In this document: positions 18,398 through 28,330 of the stretch, piece by piece
Layout of the letters: every line of letters starts with the position of its first letter
Position numbering within the stretch: position 1 is the stretch's first letter
Origin: a virus
IMG/VR virus record: IMGVR_UViG_3300035670_000127
Coordinates: 17,364-81,363 of that record
DNA length: 64,000 nucleotides
Strand: one strand, 5' to 3'
Program-made: the position numbers and the translations under genes
Notes under the pieces: model-generated
What the model saw: only the letters and a program-made list of their open reading frames with translations
Told to the model about the DNA's origin: nothing
The model's database searches: none

Positions 18398-19246
18398 TTA
18401 AAATAATCCCGTTTGCTTCGCCTCATCTTTTTTGAGGGATGGAGGCAATTCCTTACACCCAAGCACCTCTTTATATTGGGTCGCGTTAATTGGGTGGGCA
18501 CTCTCAAAAACTGAGCCTAGCTGTTTCAAAAAGAAGTAAGTCCCGGCTACATGGCAAGCCGCCATTAAATCCACTGCCCAATCTAACAGCATGGGTCGCG
18601 CCTTCGCTTTTTGAGTGCGTTCTCCACCACAAACTACCCAGTCAACCTGACCTAATTGCGACCTATCAAACTCAATATGGGTTAGCATAGGTTCAATAGA
18701 TAGCCACATGTTTGTGGCACTGGAATTAACCAGTGAATCGATTTTATACACCTCCTCTTGACTGCAAATTGTCACCCCGACCCAAAGGTTAGGGATAGCT
18801 AAATCGTAGTGTTGCAACGATTCGTGCCTCTTAGTCAGAATAAGGAACTGCTGTTGCGGCCTCGTCCTGACAAAAGCTAATACCTTATTGACCACCTCGT
18901 CGGCCATAGACTGAGTTACTTTTTCTTTGCCGCCATCTAACTTTTCATCGAAGTGATAAAGATAAGTCGCCTCATTATAAAACTCCCTTAACCCTAGCAA
19001 ATCGCACATGTCGCCAATAAAAACAACTTCTTTTTTAGGCGCGTACCTGTTAGGATTATCCAACTCCCAACCTTTGATAGACGGCTTAAATCCAAATTGG
19101 CTATAATGAAGGTTGGGCATGTTAGACAGCCTCCTTTTTACGATAGCCTCTGCATAGCAGTTGTCACACCCATTAGATACTTTGACCATTCCGCAACCCG
19201 TAACTGGATTCCAAGTATGGTCACAGTATTCAATTTTCGTTGGCAT
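18398..19246 (-). CDS. Phage Gp37/Gp68 (DUF5131) radical SAM-like protein
   Basis: TKIEYCDHTWNPVTGC..VSNGCDNCYA, DMCDL, LTKR, SIEPML, WVVCGGE, FFLKQLG. Confidence 0.93.
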   Translation of the reverse strand: MPTKIEYCDHTWNPVTGCGMVKVSNGCDNCYAEAIVKRRLSNMPNLHYSQFGFKPSIKGWELDNPNRYAPKKEVVFIGDMCDLLGLREFYNEATYLYHFDEKLDGGKEKVTQSMADEVVNKVLAFVRTRPQQQFLILTKRHESLQHYDLAIPNLWVGVTICSQEEVYKIDSLVNSSATNMWLSIEPMLTHIEFDRSQLGQVDWVVCGGERTQKAKARPMLLDWAVDLMAACHVAGTYFFLKQLGSVFESAHPINATQYKEVLGCKELPPSLKKDEAKQTGLF

Positions 19247-19646
19247 TTTCGTTACCTCCAGTGCTTAATGTCGTTAGATGCCCTGAATCTAATATGATTA
19301 GACCGGCATCATGTAGCTTAGTATCTAATTGAATGATTTCGTCATCTGTGAATGTCTTCTTTAAGAATGACCTTACTCTGTATATAGTCCTCTTTCTTGC
19401 ATCCTCTTTTCTGATAACCTCCGCCTCTTCATCCGAATAAGGTTCGGCTCTGCAACTATCGCAACTAAATTTTGAACTAGGCATTGTATCTGTGCCATCT
19501 ATTCGTCTAAACCGATGGCCGCCCGCCTCAAAATAGTTTTTGGTGACATGATTCACTACATGAATCGATTTCTGTTGGCCGTGGTATGTACTCCACTTAA
19601 CCGCAATTACCTTGTCACCCCGTGATAAATCTTGGAATTTTGTCAT
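19230..19646 (-). CDS. hypothetical beta-barrel (KOW-like) phage protein
   Basis: GDKVI..V.HVT.N..FRR.DG; paralog of 19656-20045. Confidence 0.75.
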   Translation of the reverse strand: MTKFQDLSRGDKVIAVKWSTYHGQQKSIHVVNHVTKNYFEAGGHRFRRIDGTDTMPSSKFSCDSCRAEPYSDEEAEVIRKEDARKRTIYRVRSFLKKTFTDDEIIQLDTKLHDAGLIILDSGHLTTLSTGGNENANEN

Positions 19647-19655
19647 TTCACCTCC

Positions 19656-20045
19656 TCAATCTTGGTCGTTATCTTTACCCAATCCCCATGCGTTAGCTTC
19701 GGTAAGTATGTCATGCAATTTCAGCAACTCATCAGGTGTGAACCTCCTTATTAGGAATCCTTTTGTTTTCGATATAGCCCGCCGTTGCCGATTTTCAGAT
19801 TCAACTTCGTCGGCGAGTTCCTTTGTATAAGGAGTTGCCGAATAACTCCATGAGTCAGAAGTTCCACCTCCTTTTTCGTCACCATTATCTTTTCTAAACC
19901 GTGTCTGTGTTCCATGATAATCCACATCAAAGAAATGTGGTGTAATATGAATAACATTAGATACTGTTCTAAGACTGATGTAATTGCCGTAAGCGGTAAC
20001 TATCACCTTGTCACCAACTGACACGCTCTCAAATTTACGTTCCAT
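19656..20045 (-). CDS. hypothetical beta-barrel (KOW-like) phage protein
   Basis: VGDKVI..VIHIT..RFRKDNG; paralog of 19230-19646. Confidence 0.75.
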   Translation of the reverse strand: MERKFESVSVGDKVIVTAYGNYISLRTVSNVIHITPHFFDVDYHGTQTRFRKDNGDEKGGGTSDSWSYSATPYTKELADEVESENRQRRAISKTKGFLIRRFTPDELLKLHDILTEANAWGLGKDNDQD

Positions 20046-20112
20046 TTTAGCCTCTTAATTAAGTTAGTATCATCCTCTAATCCACTCACTAGAATGGACT
20101 AGAGGCTAACAG

Positions 20113-20448
20113 CTACCGTCTATTCGGCGACCTCCTCGGTTCAGCGACATCATGGGTCTTGTCAAAGGATTGAAAGTATTTTAAAATTGTGCCCCAATTC
20201 AAGTCTTCTTGTCTTTTTACAATTTCGGTTGCGTACTCAATCGGCATCCAAACCACTTCACCACTGCGTACCATGTTCACATCCTCGATAAGGTTGAGGT
20301 GATGGGTATTGCAAAGTACATCGATTGATCTGTATTGGTAAAACTTCGCTGTCGCATTGAGTGATACACACCACTCCAAATCGCCACCAACCATCTGTTT
20401 TTCCACCGGCAACACCTTTTGCATTGCATCGATTTTCACTTGATTCAT
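20113..20448 (-). CDS. AntA/AntB-like antirepressor (divergent)
   Basis: VLPV..VGG..VSL..F..LIEDVNM..MPIEYATEI. Confidence 0.5.
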   Translation of the reverse strand: MNQVKIDAMQKVLPVEKQMVGGDLEWCVSLNATAKFYQYRSIDVLCNTHHLNLIEDVNMVRSGEVVWMPIEYATEIVKRQEDLNWGTILKYFQSFDKTHDVAEPRRSPNRR

Positions 20449-20493
20449 AATAACTGCCCTTTTAGGTTAATTTGTTAAACACACTTAGCTTAT

Positions 20494-20509
20494 TTCACAG
20501 TTTATGCCA
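20494..20509 (-). promoter_or_regulatory. sigma54 (-24/-12)-like promoter
   Basis: TGGCATAAACTGTGAA just upstream of ORF 20448. Confidence 0.6.
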
Positions 20510-20513
20510 AAAC

Positions 20514-20552
20514 GAAAAAAGCTATTGGATTCAAATACATCCAATAGCTTTT
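20514..20552 (-). terminator. terminator after ftsK-like gene
   Basis: AAAAGCTATTGGAT/ATCCAATAGCTTTT with U-run on minus strand. Confidence 0.75.
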
Positions 20553-20571
20553 CATTGGTAGTGTCAAGGCA

Positions 20572-20602
20572 TGTGTCCAATTTTTGGACTACGCTTTACA
20601 CT
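20572..20602 (-). promoter_or_regulatory. candidate upstream activator sequence, copy 1
   Basis: AGTGTAAAGCGTAGTCCAAAAATTGGACACA, 29/31 identical to 55493-55523, containing palindrome GTCCAA-N3-TTGGAC. Confidence 0.7.
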
Positions 20603-22628
20603 TGCTAATTTCTGATTTTATATGGCCAATATACCTGTCTATAAGCCCGTCATTATCAGTGTGGTTTCTACTAAAAACAGGGGTGTGCAATCTCGTTACT
20701 TTGTCACCCGTATCTCTCAGCAATGCGTCCCCCGTTTCAATTAGCTTATTCGCAGGGAAGTTCGCCCCTCCAAAGGTATAAGCATCCTTCGGGCTGTTAA
20801 GCAAGAATGATAGCTTGGTCGACTCCTCTATCAATCTACTGCCACTCGCGCCAAATATCCCTTTCATTGCAAACGTGCCGACGGAGTAGAAAAAAATTCC
20901 GTACTTACGGCCAGTGGTGACAATACTAGCGATAATCGACCCCAGCCGCTCCCTAGTGCCTTTATCATTAAACAAGGCACCTACCTCCTCCAATACAATA
21001 AAGATAATAGGAAGCGTGTCTTTACCCTCTTTGGTCAACTTCGCATTTACCGTGGTGATGTGCTGACATTGATATTTCTGTAGCAATGCCACTCGATTCT
21101 GAAGCTCGTTAGCCAACTTCTCAAGCATTTTCACCGACTCAAGGTGAGAGGTTGCCGTCCCCTGAATAAAACTATCTTTTAGCGGCGCATACTTCATTGC
21201 CGTCGCCCCGTTTATATCACTGATATAATAGGCTAACTTGAGTCGCTTGGTCTTAATTGACCACAGCATTTGGTAAATCAAAATAGAGTGCAATAAGCTA
21301 CTTTTGCCACTCCCTTTACGTCCCACGATAAGAAGGTCTTGCAGTTTAAATCCGCACTTGATAACACGGTTAGCACCTACGTCTGTGCCTAGTAAAATTG
21401 GCAATTCAACACCTTTAGGAATTGATGCAATACTCCCTTTAATTAACTCCTTAAACAACACCGTTCCCCTGGCGTCGCTTGGTTTATTCACCACGTACAC
21501 GTAATGGCTATCCTGCACCTCAAAAGTGACATCGTTTTGACCTACCCCCATTAACCTAGCTATCTCCCCTTCTGCTTTACGCCACGTCTCCTGCTGGCCG
21601 ATAACAGCGGAGGTGGGAGACATGGTAAAACGAGTGGTAAAGATTCCATCGTGGCGGTTAAGGTCGGTGAAGCCTAACCCTAAAGTGATTAACCCGTCCC
21701 TTATCTTATCCTCTATTACATCTCCCTTGCTAGGGTTTGGTAATTGAGTGGTTAGTTTAGGTGACACGGCCTTAACCACTTGCAACTCCTTCTTAGGAGG
21801 TGCGGCCTTAGCCACTAGCCTGACTGGTTCTGTCACTTTAGGAGGTGCGGGCATAACAGGCGTGGTCACAATGTCTGTCAATACCGGCACCTCGTTTTGA
21901 AACGGTTTAGAAGTTATCCCAATCCTCTGGTGGCTGCTGCTGATTGGGTCGGCTGTTTCCTGAGTTAACGGCATGGGGTCTGTCGTTTCTATTGCCTGAG
22001 TTCGTTGGCCTCTCACTCGGTCTGCCCATGCGGGGAGCGTGAGAGGTGGGATTTTTTTTTTAACAGCGATTTGTATTCTATTCACTACCGGCTCCATACG
22101 GTGGCCATAGAGGTCGTAGCCCAAGACAAACATGCTTAGGCAACATACCGCAATAATCGCCAATCCCCCTAACATAACAAGCGACATAGTAACCCCAAAC
22201 CACTCGACTGGGTATAACCACACCTGCCCCACGATATTCAACATATTGCCACTTCTGTCAGTAGGGATAGGCCATTGATTCTCGATAATCTTAATCACCT
22301 CCCAACCCGATATGAAAAACTGGGTAACTATAAGGCTAACGCCTCCTTTTACCAGCACCCAAATTGTTTCGCCTTGAGTAATAATGGCCTGACATGACCC
22401 TAGCCAAAAGATGATAGACGACAGGATAATAAAAGTATCCAAATAGTATCTGCCAAATACCATCTCCAACGTCAAATAGACAGGTACTGCCACCGTACCC
22501 ACATCCCCAGGTGCGACATTGAGTGTGATAGCGTCTTGCAAATGCAACATCCCTTTGATATACCAGAAAGATATATACGAGACAATTGCACAACCCGCAA
22601 GAACTTTAATCGATCCATGTTTTTCCAT
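20589..22628 (-). CDS. FtsK/SpoIIIE-family DNA translocase, membrane anchored
   Basis: N-terminal TM helices, Pro-rich linker, alpha domain, LPILLG.D, LLIVGRKGSGKS, IFIVLEEVG, GRKYGI, L..TGDALL. Confidence 0.85.
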   Translation of the reverse strand: MEKHGSIKVLAGCAIVSYISFWYIKGMLHLQDAITLNVAPGDVGTVAVPVYLTLEMVFGRYYLDTFIILSSIIFWLGSCQAIITQGETIWVLVKGGVSLIVTQFFISGWEVIKIIENQWPIPTDRSGNMLNIVGQVWLYPVEWFGVTMSLVMLGGLAIIAVCCLSMFVLGYDLYGHRMEPVVNRIQIAVKKKIPPLTLPAWADRVRGQRTQAIETTDPMPLTQETADPISSSHQRIGITSKPFQNEVPVLTDIVTTPVMPAPPKVTEPVRLVAKAAPPKKELQVVKAVSPKLTTQLPNPSKGDVIEDKIRDGLITLGLGFTDLNRHDGIFTTRFTMSPTSAVIGQQETWRKAEGEIARLMGVGQNDVTFEVQDSHYVYVVNKPSDARGTVLFKELIKGSIASIPKGVELPILLGTDVGANRVIKCGFKLQDLLIVGRKGSGKSSLLHSILIYQMLWSIKTKRLKLAYYISDINGATAMKYAPLKDSFIQGTATSHLESVKMLEKLANELQNRVALLQKYQCQHITTVNAKLTKEGKDTLPIIFIVLEEVGALFNDKGTRERLGSIIASIVTTGRKYGIFFYSVGTFAMKGIFGASGSRLIEESTKLSFLLNSPKDAYTFGGANFPANKLIETGDALLRDTGDKVTRLHTPVFSRNHTDNDGLIDRYIGHIKSEISKCKA

Positions 22629-22640
22629 AACCTTAACCTC

Positions 22641-23243
22641 CTAATAGTAGTGATGAATGACATTCCCCTTGTTACCCCCTCCTCTACGGCGGTTGCCGTG
22701 CGACTGGTTAGGGCTATACACAAAGTAGGTTAGGGCACTGATTGCCATGGCGATAGCGACTGCCAAAATAAACATAATTGCAAGGAGGTGCTCTTCGGTT
22801 GACCAAGTGGGTCTCAGTGCGACAGACTCCTCAATCATGCGGCTTAACGTGCCGCTACCTATGTATCCACCCGCATTGACCACCTCCTTTTCATTGAGGG
22901 TATAAGAGTAGGTAAAGTAGCTGGGCATCCAACTCGTTGGAATAGAAGTGGCTTGCAAGTACACATTCCAAGCTCCCGCTATCGTCGACGCGGCGACTGC
23001 TATCACCAGAAAGACAGCAATAACAAATGCTCTCCATACGGGTTTTGAGAATGACAACATAATAATGAACGCGAGGGTGGTAAGCATGGGGACGACATAC
23101 CCCACTCCCCCAAAAAGCAAAGTGAGTACCCTAGTTAGAGGTTCAAATGCCCCTGCATACAGGGAGGTAGTGAGACCGAGGCTTCCTACTATAACAAGCC
23201 CGTTGGCTATGGAAAAAAAATTTTTTTGCGATTTATTACTCAT
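22641..23243 (-). CDS. membrane protein resembling FtsK N-terminal 4TM domain
   Basis: 4 TM helices; LFGGVGYVVP and AGGYIG motifs. Confidence 0.6.
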   Translation of the reverse strand: MSNKSQKNFFSIANGLVIVGSLGLTTSLYAGAFEPLTRVLTLLFGGVGYVVPMLTTLAFIIMLSFSKPVWRAFVIAVFLVIAVAASTIAGAWNVYLQATSIPTSWMPSYFTYSYTLNEKEVVNAGGYIGSGTLSRMIEESVALRPTWSTEEHLLAIMFILAVAIAMAISALTYFVYSPNQSHGNRRRGGGNKGNVIHHYY

Positions 23244-23275
23244 AAAATCCTCTTTAAAATGAAACGGTTACGGGA

Positions 23276-23436
23276 GGTTGACACAAATTGCGTTAGTTTG
23301 TGTTCGGTTGACACAGGTTGACACAGTTTGACGCAATCTGCTATTATTTTACACAAGTTGATACAGTTTAACACAATTTGTGTCAACCTGTGTTAATTTA
23401 GCACAAATTGACGCAATCTGTGTCAACTTGTGTAAA
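23276..23436. repeat. parC-like centromere 1: 10-bp-phased TTGACACA/TTGACGCA repeats
   Basis: About 16 degenerate decamers in both orientations directly upstream of parM. Confidence 0.8.
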
Positions 23437-23491
23437 GTATCGTATAAAAATTTTTACCTGTCAAGGTATATTAAAAAGAGGGTTTATAAAC

Positions 23492-24646
23492 ATGCAGAAT
23501 TTATCTGAAATATTACTACATGGAATCACCAACGGGTTAAGAAAACCGAATATTGTTTTCGGAGGCGTCGACGCTGGGAATGGTTATTCAAAGGGGCTGT
23601 TTTACGTTTTAGTAAACAACCGCTATCAGGTGGTTGAAGTATGTATCCCATCGATAGTCGCCGCGGGTCGAATCGAGACTAATCCGTTCCTTGCTAGTAA
23701 TGAGGGGATTCAAGAGAAGCTATTGCAACTAACCAGCGGTGATGGCCTCCCTTTCACAGTGGCAATGGACATGTCCGTCGATGCAAACAAAATGAATGCG
23801 CTACCAACTGGAGGAGATGTGTATCAATCCTCTATCGCACGAGGCGCATTGGTTCACGCCGTTATTACGAAAGCATTGACTAGCATCGATGCTAATTTTG
23901 GAGGTCAGGAAATCACCTGCTATTTAGCGGGTACGACCATGGCGAGTAACTATTGGGTGGATAATGGTTTGCAAAAAAATCAGCAACGAATCGCAGAGGT
24001 TGCCGCGGCTATTGGGTCTCCTTTCAGTACCTCTAATCAGTACCCAATTATCAATATTGCCCGTACCGAGGTCTTTGGAGAGACTTTGGCCGCAATGTTA
24101 TCTGTTACCATCGATGAGAATGGAAACAATAACGGGGAGTATGCAGATGGTAGTGAAATTGTCTTTGTTGACGTCGGACATACGGACACTGTGATTTTGG
24201 TTGCGGAGATTAAAAACGGTCTCCCAAACATTATCAAACGTCAATCTATCCGAATGGGGATAGGTAGTGGTGTGTTAGAGGTCGTAGCGCATCGCGTCGG
24301 ACATGTCACCGAAAAACCAGTATCCGCCGAACTAGGTTTATTATCTCGTCCTTCGGTAAAACATCGTGGCCGGACGATAGATTTGCTTCCCTTCCAAAAG
24401 GAGGCAATGAACGGGTTAAGTCAACAAGTGCTAGGCTACATATCCAAAGCGATAGGTAGGGGTGATGATTTTGATGCGACTTACTTGGTCGGCGGTTTCC
24501 CACAAGTCGCCATCAAGTTATTCGGGCCGGGTTACTTTACCAATTACGGGCAGATACATAACTTGCAAGTGCCCGACCTGCCCATCTATGCCAACGCACG
24601 GGGCGCATTGCGGGGGCTCATTAAACGAATTATCAACAAGAGGTAG
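23492..24646 (+). CDS. parM: ParM/StbA actin-like plasmid segregation ATPase
   Basis: GVDAGNGYSK, IPS, GETLAA, FVDVGHTDT, YLVGG, ANARG; ATG 23492 with AGAGGG RBS. Confidence 0.88.
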   Translation: MQNLSEILLHGITNGLRKPNIVFGGVDAGNGYSKGLFYVLVNNRYQVVEVCIPSIVAAGRIETNPFLASNEGIQEKLLQLTSGDGLPFTVAMDMSVDANKMNALPTGGDVYQSSIARGALVHAVITKALTSIDANFGGQEITCYLAGTTMASNYWVDNGLQKNQQRIAEVAAAIGSPFSTSNQYPIINIARTEVFGETLAAMLSVTIDENGNNNGEYADGSEIVFVDVGHTDTVILVAEIKNGLPNIIKRQSIRMGIGSGVLEVVAHRVGHVTEKPVSAELGLLSRPSVKHRGRTIDLLPFQKEAMNGLSQQVLGYISKAIGRGDDFDATYLVGGFPQVAIKLFGPGYFTNYGQIHNLQVPDLPIYANARGALRGLIKRIINKR

Positions 24647-24652
24647 GAAACG

Positions 24653-25066
24653 ATGCCTAAACAACGAATGACTAAACAAAGAAGGAAGGCGAAAGGAGCG
24701 GCCAAAGTGAGACGACTTAATTTGAATTTACATCCTGAGACAAACCAGCGACATGCGCTGATAGCACACCTATTAGACAGAATGGGTATCCCCACTTCGC
24801 AGGCAACTTACGAGGTGCTGTTAGAGTGGGCACTAGACACAGCGAGACTGATAGCTAAGGAGAAGTATAGGCTTGATGACATGACAATTAAACACATGTC
24901 GCCAGGCGATTTACTAAGGGTAATCACAGACGATTACGTCCCTCCAATTGCCACCGTCAAGGTGGTCCGTGAGACGACAGTTATTCCGCAAATTCCAACT
25001 GAAAGAGGACAATACAATGAAATTCAGACTGACACTAGCGACGACTTTGACATTGACAGCATTTAA
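24653..25066 (+). CDS. putative ParR-like centromere-binding adaptor
   Basis: Directly after parM; RRLNLNLHP beta-strand, basic N-terminus, acidic tail DDFDIDSI. Confidence 0.6.
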   Translation: MPKQRMTKQRRKAKGAAKVRRLNLNLHPETNQRHALIAHLLDRMGIPTSQATYEVLLEWALDTARLIAKEKYRLDDMTIKHMSPGDLLRVITDDYVPPIATVKVVRETTVIPQIPTERGQYNEIQTDTSDDFDIDSI

Positions 25067-25793
25067 TGTCTATGCACAAGCGTATGACATTTGCACGACG
25101 CCGAATGGAGGTACTACCTTTTGCAAAACAGCGGCACCTTCTAACATAATACCGCAACCCATGGCTTCGGCCAGCTTTATGCCGCAGGTGGCACCAATAA
25201 CACCGCCGCCGGTTCAAATGGCAACCCCACAAGCGGCCACGGCGCCGTGGTGGTGCAGTAATGGGAGGCCACAGAATCCAACTGAAGCGACTATTTGCCA
25301 AAACCCGTCGCTACATGCGTGGGATTCAGCTTACAACCAAGTGTGGAAGACCTTGCCGTCAAGTAGTAGGCCAACGAAGGCGACCTTAGCAGACCGCGAT
25401 AAACATGGCACGGATGTAGCGGCTATCCAATCATGGTATATGTCTGCTATTCAACAAATGCAACAACAACCAGCGACTCCCACTGCTGAGCAACCAGTCG
25501 CATTGAGTAGTGGGGCGGCAACCTTCGATTGGTGCCGGAAAAGACTCAATGAATCTGAAAGAGTCTTATGTCAAGTCGGCACCGATGAATTGGCGAACTT
25601 GGATAGACAATTGCAAGCCGCATTTAATCAAAAAAAAGCGGCTTTAAAAGGGAAGCCGGGCGAACTGGTTAGTCAGCAACGGGAGTGGATAAAGCAAAGG
25701 AACTCGATTGTATCCGCAGGTGTTTCCAACCCACAGGCGGTTCAATTACAACTAAAACAGGCTTACAGCCAACGGCTCAGTGAATTACAATAA
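25017..25793 (+). CDS. secreted protein with two LprI-like (lysozyme inhibitor) domains
   Basis: Signal peptide MKFRLTLATTLTLTAFNVYA; WC..PTEATIC..L..WD..Y and FDWC..ERVLC..LANLDRQL..QQREWIKQRN. Confidence 0.75.
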   Translation: MKFRLTLATTLTLTAFNVYAQAYDICTTPNGGTTFCKTAAPSNIIPQPMASASFMPQVAPITPPPVQMATPQAATAPWWCSNGRPQNPTEATICQNPSLHAWDSAYNQVWKTLPSSSRPTKATLADRDKHGTDVAAIQSWYMSAIQQMQQQPATPTAEQPVALSSGAATFDWCRKRLNESERVLCQVGTDELANLDRQLQAAFNQKKAALKGKPGELVSQQREWIKQRNSIVSAGVSNPQAVQLQLKQAYSQRLSELQ

Positions 25794-25815
25794 CTTTTAA
25801 AGAAAGGAGGGTGAT

Positions 25816-26472
25816 ATGAATCAAACAACGAACTTACTAATGATTATCATAACCCTCCTTTCTTTATTAATGCTTGATAACGGTGCCGGTGTACTGCAAA
25901 CTTCAGCGGCATCCAAAGAGGTAAAAGCCACTCTCTATCTGACCCAAGTAAATGCCTCCCTTAGCTACCCACAATCTAACTATATCAGCGGACTGGGTTA
26001 TATCGGTGGGGGAGATATGAAGTCGTTATTAGGTAGTTATGAGGGGTATCGTAATTGCAGGTATAGTGATACCAAAGGGATTCCAACGATAGGTATTGGG
26101 TGGAATTTGGAGGCGAACCGTGGGATTACGGGTCGATTAATTGGTGTTAGTATGCCTAATTGCATAAACGACGGGGAGGTCAACACACTGTATGAATATA
26201 GCGTCAACCGCGCTACCGACGAGTTATACGATTACCTCCCATGGGCACGTAATTTACCGGTCGGTGTGAGAGAGGTACTGGTTAGAATGTCGTTCAATAT
26301 GGGGATTGGCAACGATAGCCGCGGCCTCCTTAGTTTTAAGAATACCCTGGCCATGCTGAAAAGAGGTGACTATCGAGGGGCGGCGGAAGGGTTTAGAAAT
26401 TCTCAATGGTGCCGTGATGTCAAATCGCGGCGGTGCAATGAGGAAGCGGATAGAATAGCAAGAGGAGTTTAA
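25816..26472 (+). CDS. GH24 (T4-type) lysozyme with N-terminal signal/anchor
   Basis: YEGYR..YSDTKGIPTIGIGWNL (E-D-T), LVRMSFNMG, FKNTL, SQWCRDV..R. Confidence 0.92.
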   Translation: MNQTTNLLMIIITLLSLLMLDNGAGVLQTSAASKEVKATLYLTQVNASLSYPQSNYISGLGYIGGGDMKSLLGSYEGYRNCRYSDTKGIPTIGIGWNLEANRGITGRLIGVSMPNCINDGEVNTLYEYSVNRATDELYDYLPWARNLPVGVREVLVRMSFNMGIGNDSRGLLSFKNTLAMLKRGDYRGAAEGFRNSQWCRDVKSRRCNEEADRIARGV

Positions 26473-26474
26473 TA

Positions 26475-27380
26475 ATGGAAACCACACAAACTACACAAAC
26501 CACAGACGGTCAACATATTCATGTCCACATTCACCTCTCACCTAATGAGGTGGTATCAATACCAGGAAGCAAGGGCGAGGGTGTGACAGAAACTAAAAAA
26601 GAGACACCGAAGGCAACACATCTTAACTCTCTTTTGACTGTTTTTATCATGGTGTTGCTAACCGCGGTTTTACATAAGTACGGGTTAGTTAATTTGGGTG
26701 ATGTGGGGTTAAATCTCAATGAGTTAAAAGTCGCTTTGAACCCGTTCCCATCGTCCCCATTGCCTCCACCGTTAATGTCGTCACCTCCCACGAATAGCGG
26801 CGGGTTGCAGGCCGTGAATTACAGTCCCGCGGTATTAACAACTCAGCAGTGCATAGCAAGCGGGGTGTCCCTCCAGTTAAGTGGGTACTCAGTTCCCGCT
26901 TCGGATAGCAACATAGCGGGACTACCTAAAGAAGTATGCCACAATGGTTGCATCTATACCGTAGTGGAGAATGAGTCGGGGGTTGGAATTGAGGGAGGTA
27001 AAATGAGATTCGTAGGTCGGTTTATGCCGGTCCCACGGGCTTGCAACGAAGGCAACCTAATTGAAAATAACGGAATGCAAAAGGCGAGTTTGACTATCAT
27101 TCCTTTATTGTATGGATACAAGTCATTGTGGGAATATTTTACGGGCGGCGACCCTGCGAGTGAACCGAGTGGCAAAGCAATACCACACATTCAAATCCCC
27201 TTTGTTGAAAAAAAGATTGAGGAGGCACGGATTAAGGTGGGCGAGTGGGTTAAGGCACTGACTAAATGGATAGTTATCTTTATCGGGGGGGGTGTGATTC
27301 TGATTGGATTATTCACTAATAGATTAAGTAGGTTAATCCTTATTATAACAGGTGTTACTGCGGTATGGTATGTCTATTAG
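26475..27380 (+). CDS. membrane protein, hypothetical
   Basis: One N-proximal and two C-terminal TM segments with Cys-containing central domain. Confidence 0.8.
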   Translation: METTQTTQTTDGQHIHVHIHLSPNEVVSIPGSKGEGVTETKKETPKATHLNSLLTVFIMVLLTAVLHKYGLVNLGDVGLNLNELKVALNPFPSSPLPPPLMSSPPTNSGGLQAVNYSPAVLTTQQCIASGVSLQLSGYSVPASDSNIAGLPKEVCHNGCIYTVVENESGVGIEGGKMRFVGRFMPVPRACNEGNLIENNGMQKASLTIIPLLYGYKSLWEYFTGGDPASEPSGKAIPHIQIPFVEKKIEEARIKVGEWVKALTKWIVIFIGGGVILIGLFTNRLSRLILIITGVTAVWYVY

Positions 27381-27386
27381 GGAGAT

Positions 27387-27425
27387 AAAAAAAGCCCCGC
27401 TGTTTTTGAAACAGGGGGCTTTTTT
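27387..27425. terminator. bidirectional terminator
   Basis: AAAAAAAGCCCC..GGGGCTTTTTT between convergent genes. Confidence 0.85.
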
Positions 27426-27436
27426 ATTGGTGGTGA

Positions 27437-27937
27437 TTAGGATTCTTTCCCAAGCCATTGGTCTCTCATTCTTTCATACTTCTTGAACCTTTCGGGTTCA
27501 AACAACCTACATAATTCCATTTCTTCTCCTTTTATCCATGCGAATGGGGCTCTTTCAGCACCATCTCCGAAGTAGTGGCCCAAATTTTTGACCACGAATC
27601 CTTCGTGGTCTTCCAGCGCAACCATATAAACGGTTTCGGCTGGTGCGCCTATCCTTGCCACAACAACTTGTCCGCACCTCACCCCTCCTTTTGGGGTTGC
27701 GGAGTACGGTGTGTATCCGGTTTCCTCGCACACCTTATGGACAAGCTGAATTGCAGGGGTGATGAGTCGATTTAAATCTGCGAAATGAGGGAGTCGTGTT
27801 ATCTTGTCAACCCTTATGATCCTGTCATCTTCATCACAAATGAGTCTCTCGAACCCGCGATGACGGTAAGAGAGTTCTACTGCATGGGTTTCCGTTTTTT
27901 CAAACGAAAATAAATCTGAAAAGCTGTCTAAAAACAT
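27437..27937 (-). CDS. hypothetical protein
   Basis: ORF with AGAGGA RBS. Confidence 0.75.
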   Translation of the reverse strand: MFLDSFSDLFSFEKTETHAVELSYRHRGFERLICDEDDRIIRVDKITRLPHFADLNRLITPAIQLVHKVCEETGYTPYSATPKGGVRCGQVVVARIGAPAETVYMVALEDHEGFVVKNLGHYFGDGAERAPFAWIKGEEMELCRLFEPERFKKYERMRDQWLGKES

Positions 27938-28015
27938 GGTCGTTTCCTCTTTATTTTATTGGCGATAGTTAGGTTAGAAAATCACGTCCTCTTTTGGGGT
28001 TTGTTAAATTGGTTA

Positions 28016-28068
28016 GTGTTACTCTAAAATCACCCTGTGCCGGTCCCACGGAGTGACTTTAGACTAGC
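28016..28068. repeat. palindromic intergenic repeat, copy 1
   Basis: GTGTTACTCTAAAATCAC...GTGACTTTAGA. Confidence 0.8.
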
Positions 28069-28070
28069 GG

Positions 28071-28310
28071 CTAATCACCGTTAGAAAACAGCACCGTATC
28101 TGCCGCGTAATACCTCCCTTTGTCGTGCCAAAACGCGGTGATTCTATCCATTCCTTCGCAAAATCCGAAGGATGCAATGACCGTTTGGCCATTCGTTAAT
28201 TCCACCTCTCGCTTAAAGAACTTCGGCGGGAGTGCGTTTAAAAAGGAATCAAACTCCTCCTCTGTTACCTCTACAATCTTTCCTTCTTGAATCTCTTTCC
28301 AGTTAATCAT
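28071..28310 (-). CDS. small phage protein (DUF1419-like)
   Basis: EVTEEEFDSFLNALPP...FGFCEG...TAFW. Confidence 0.65.
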   Translation of the reverse strand: MINWKEIQEGKIVEVTEEEFDSFLNALPPKFFKREVELTNGQTVIASFGFCEGMDRITAFWHDKGRYYAADTVLFSNGD

Positions 28311-28330
28311 ACTGTAGTCCTCGTTTATTG

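Noticed and set aside
23276-23436. Repeat arrays (also 59940-60110, 28016-29147) as CRISPR
   Set aside because: No constant repeat with unique 30-40 nt spacers and no cas genes
23408-23491. Longer ParM N-terminus (similarly 24948, 52553, 37225, 28817 starts)
   Set aside because: Upstream alternative starts fall in repeats, other genes or the ribozyme; downstream ATGs have better RBS or gene coupling
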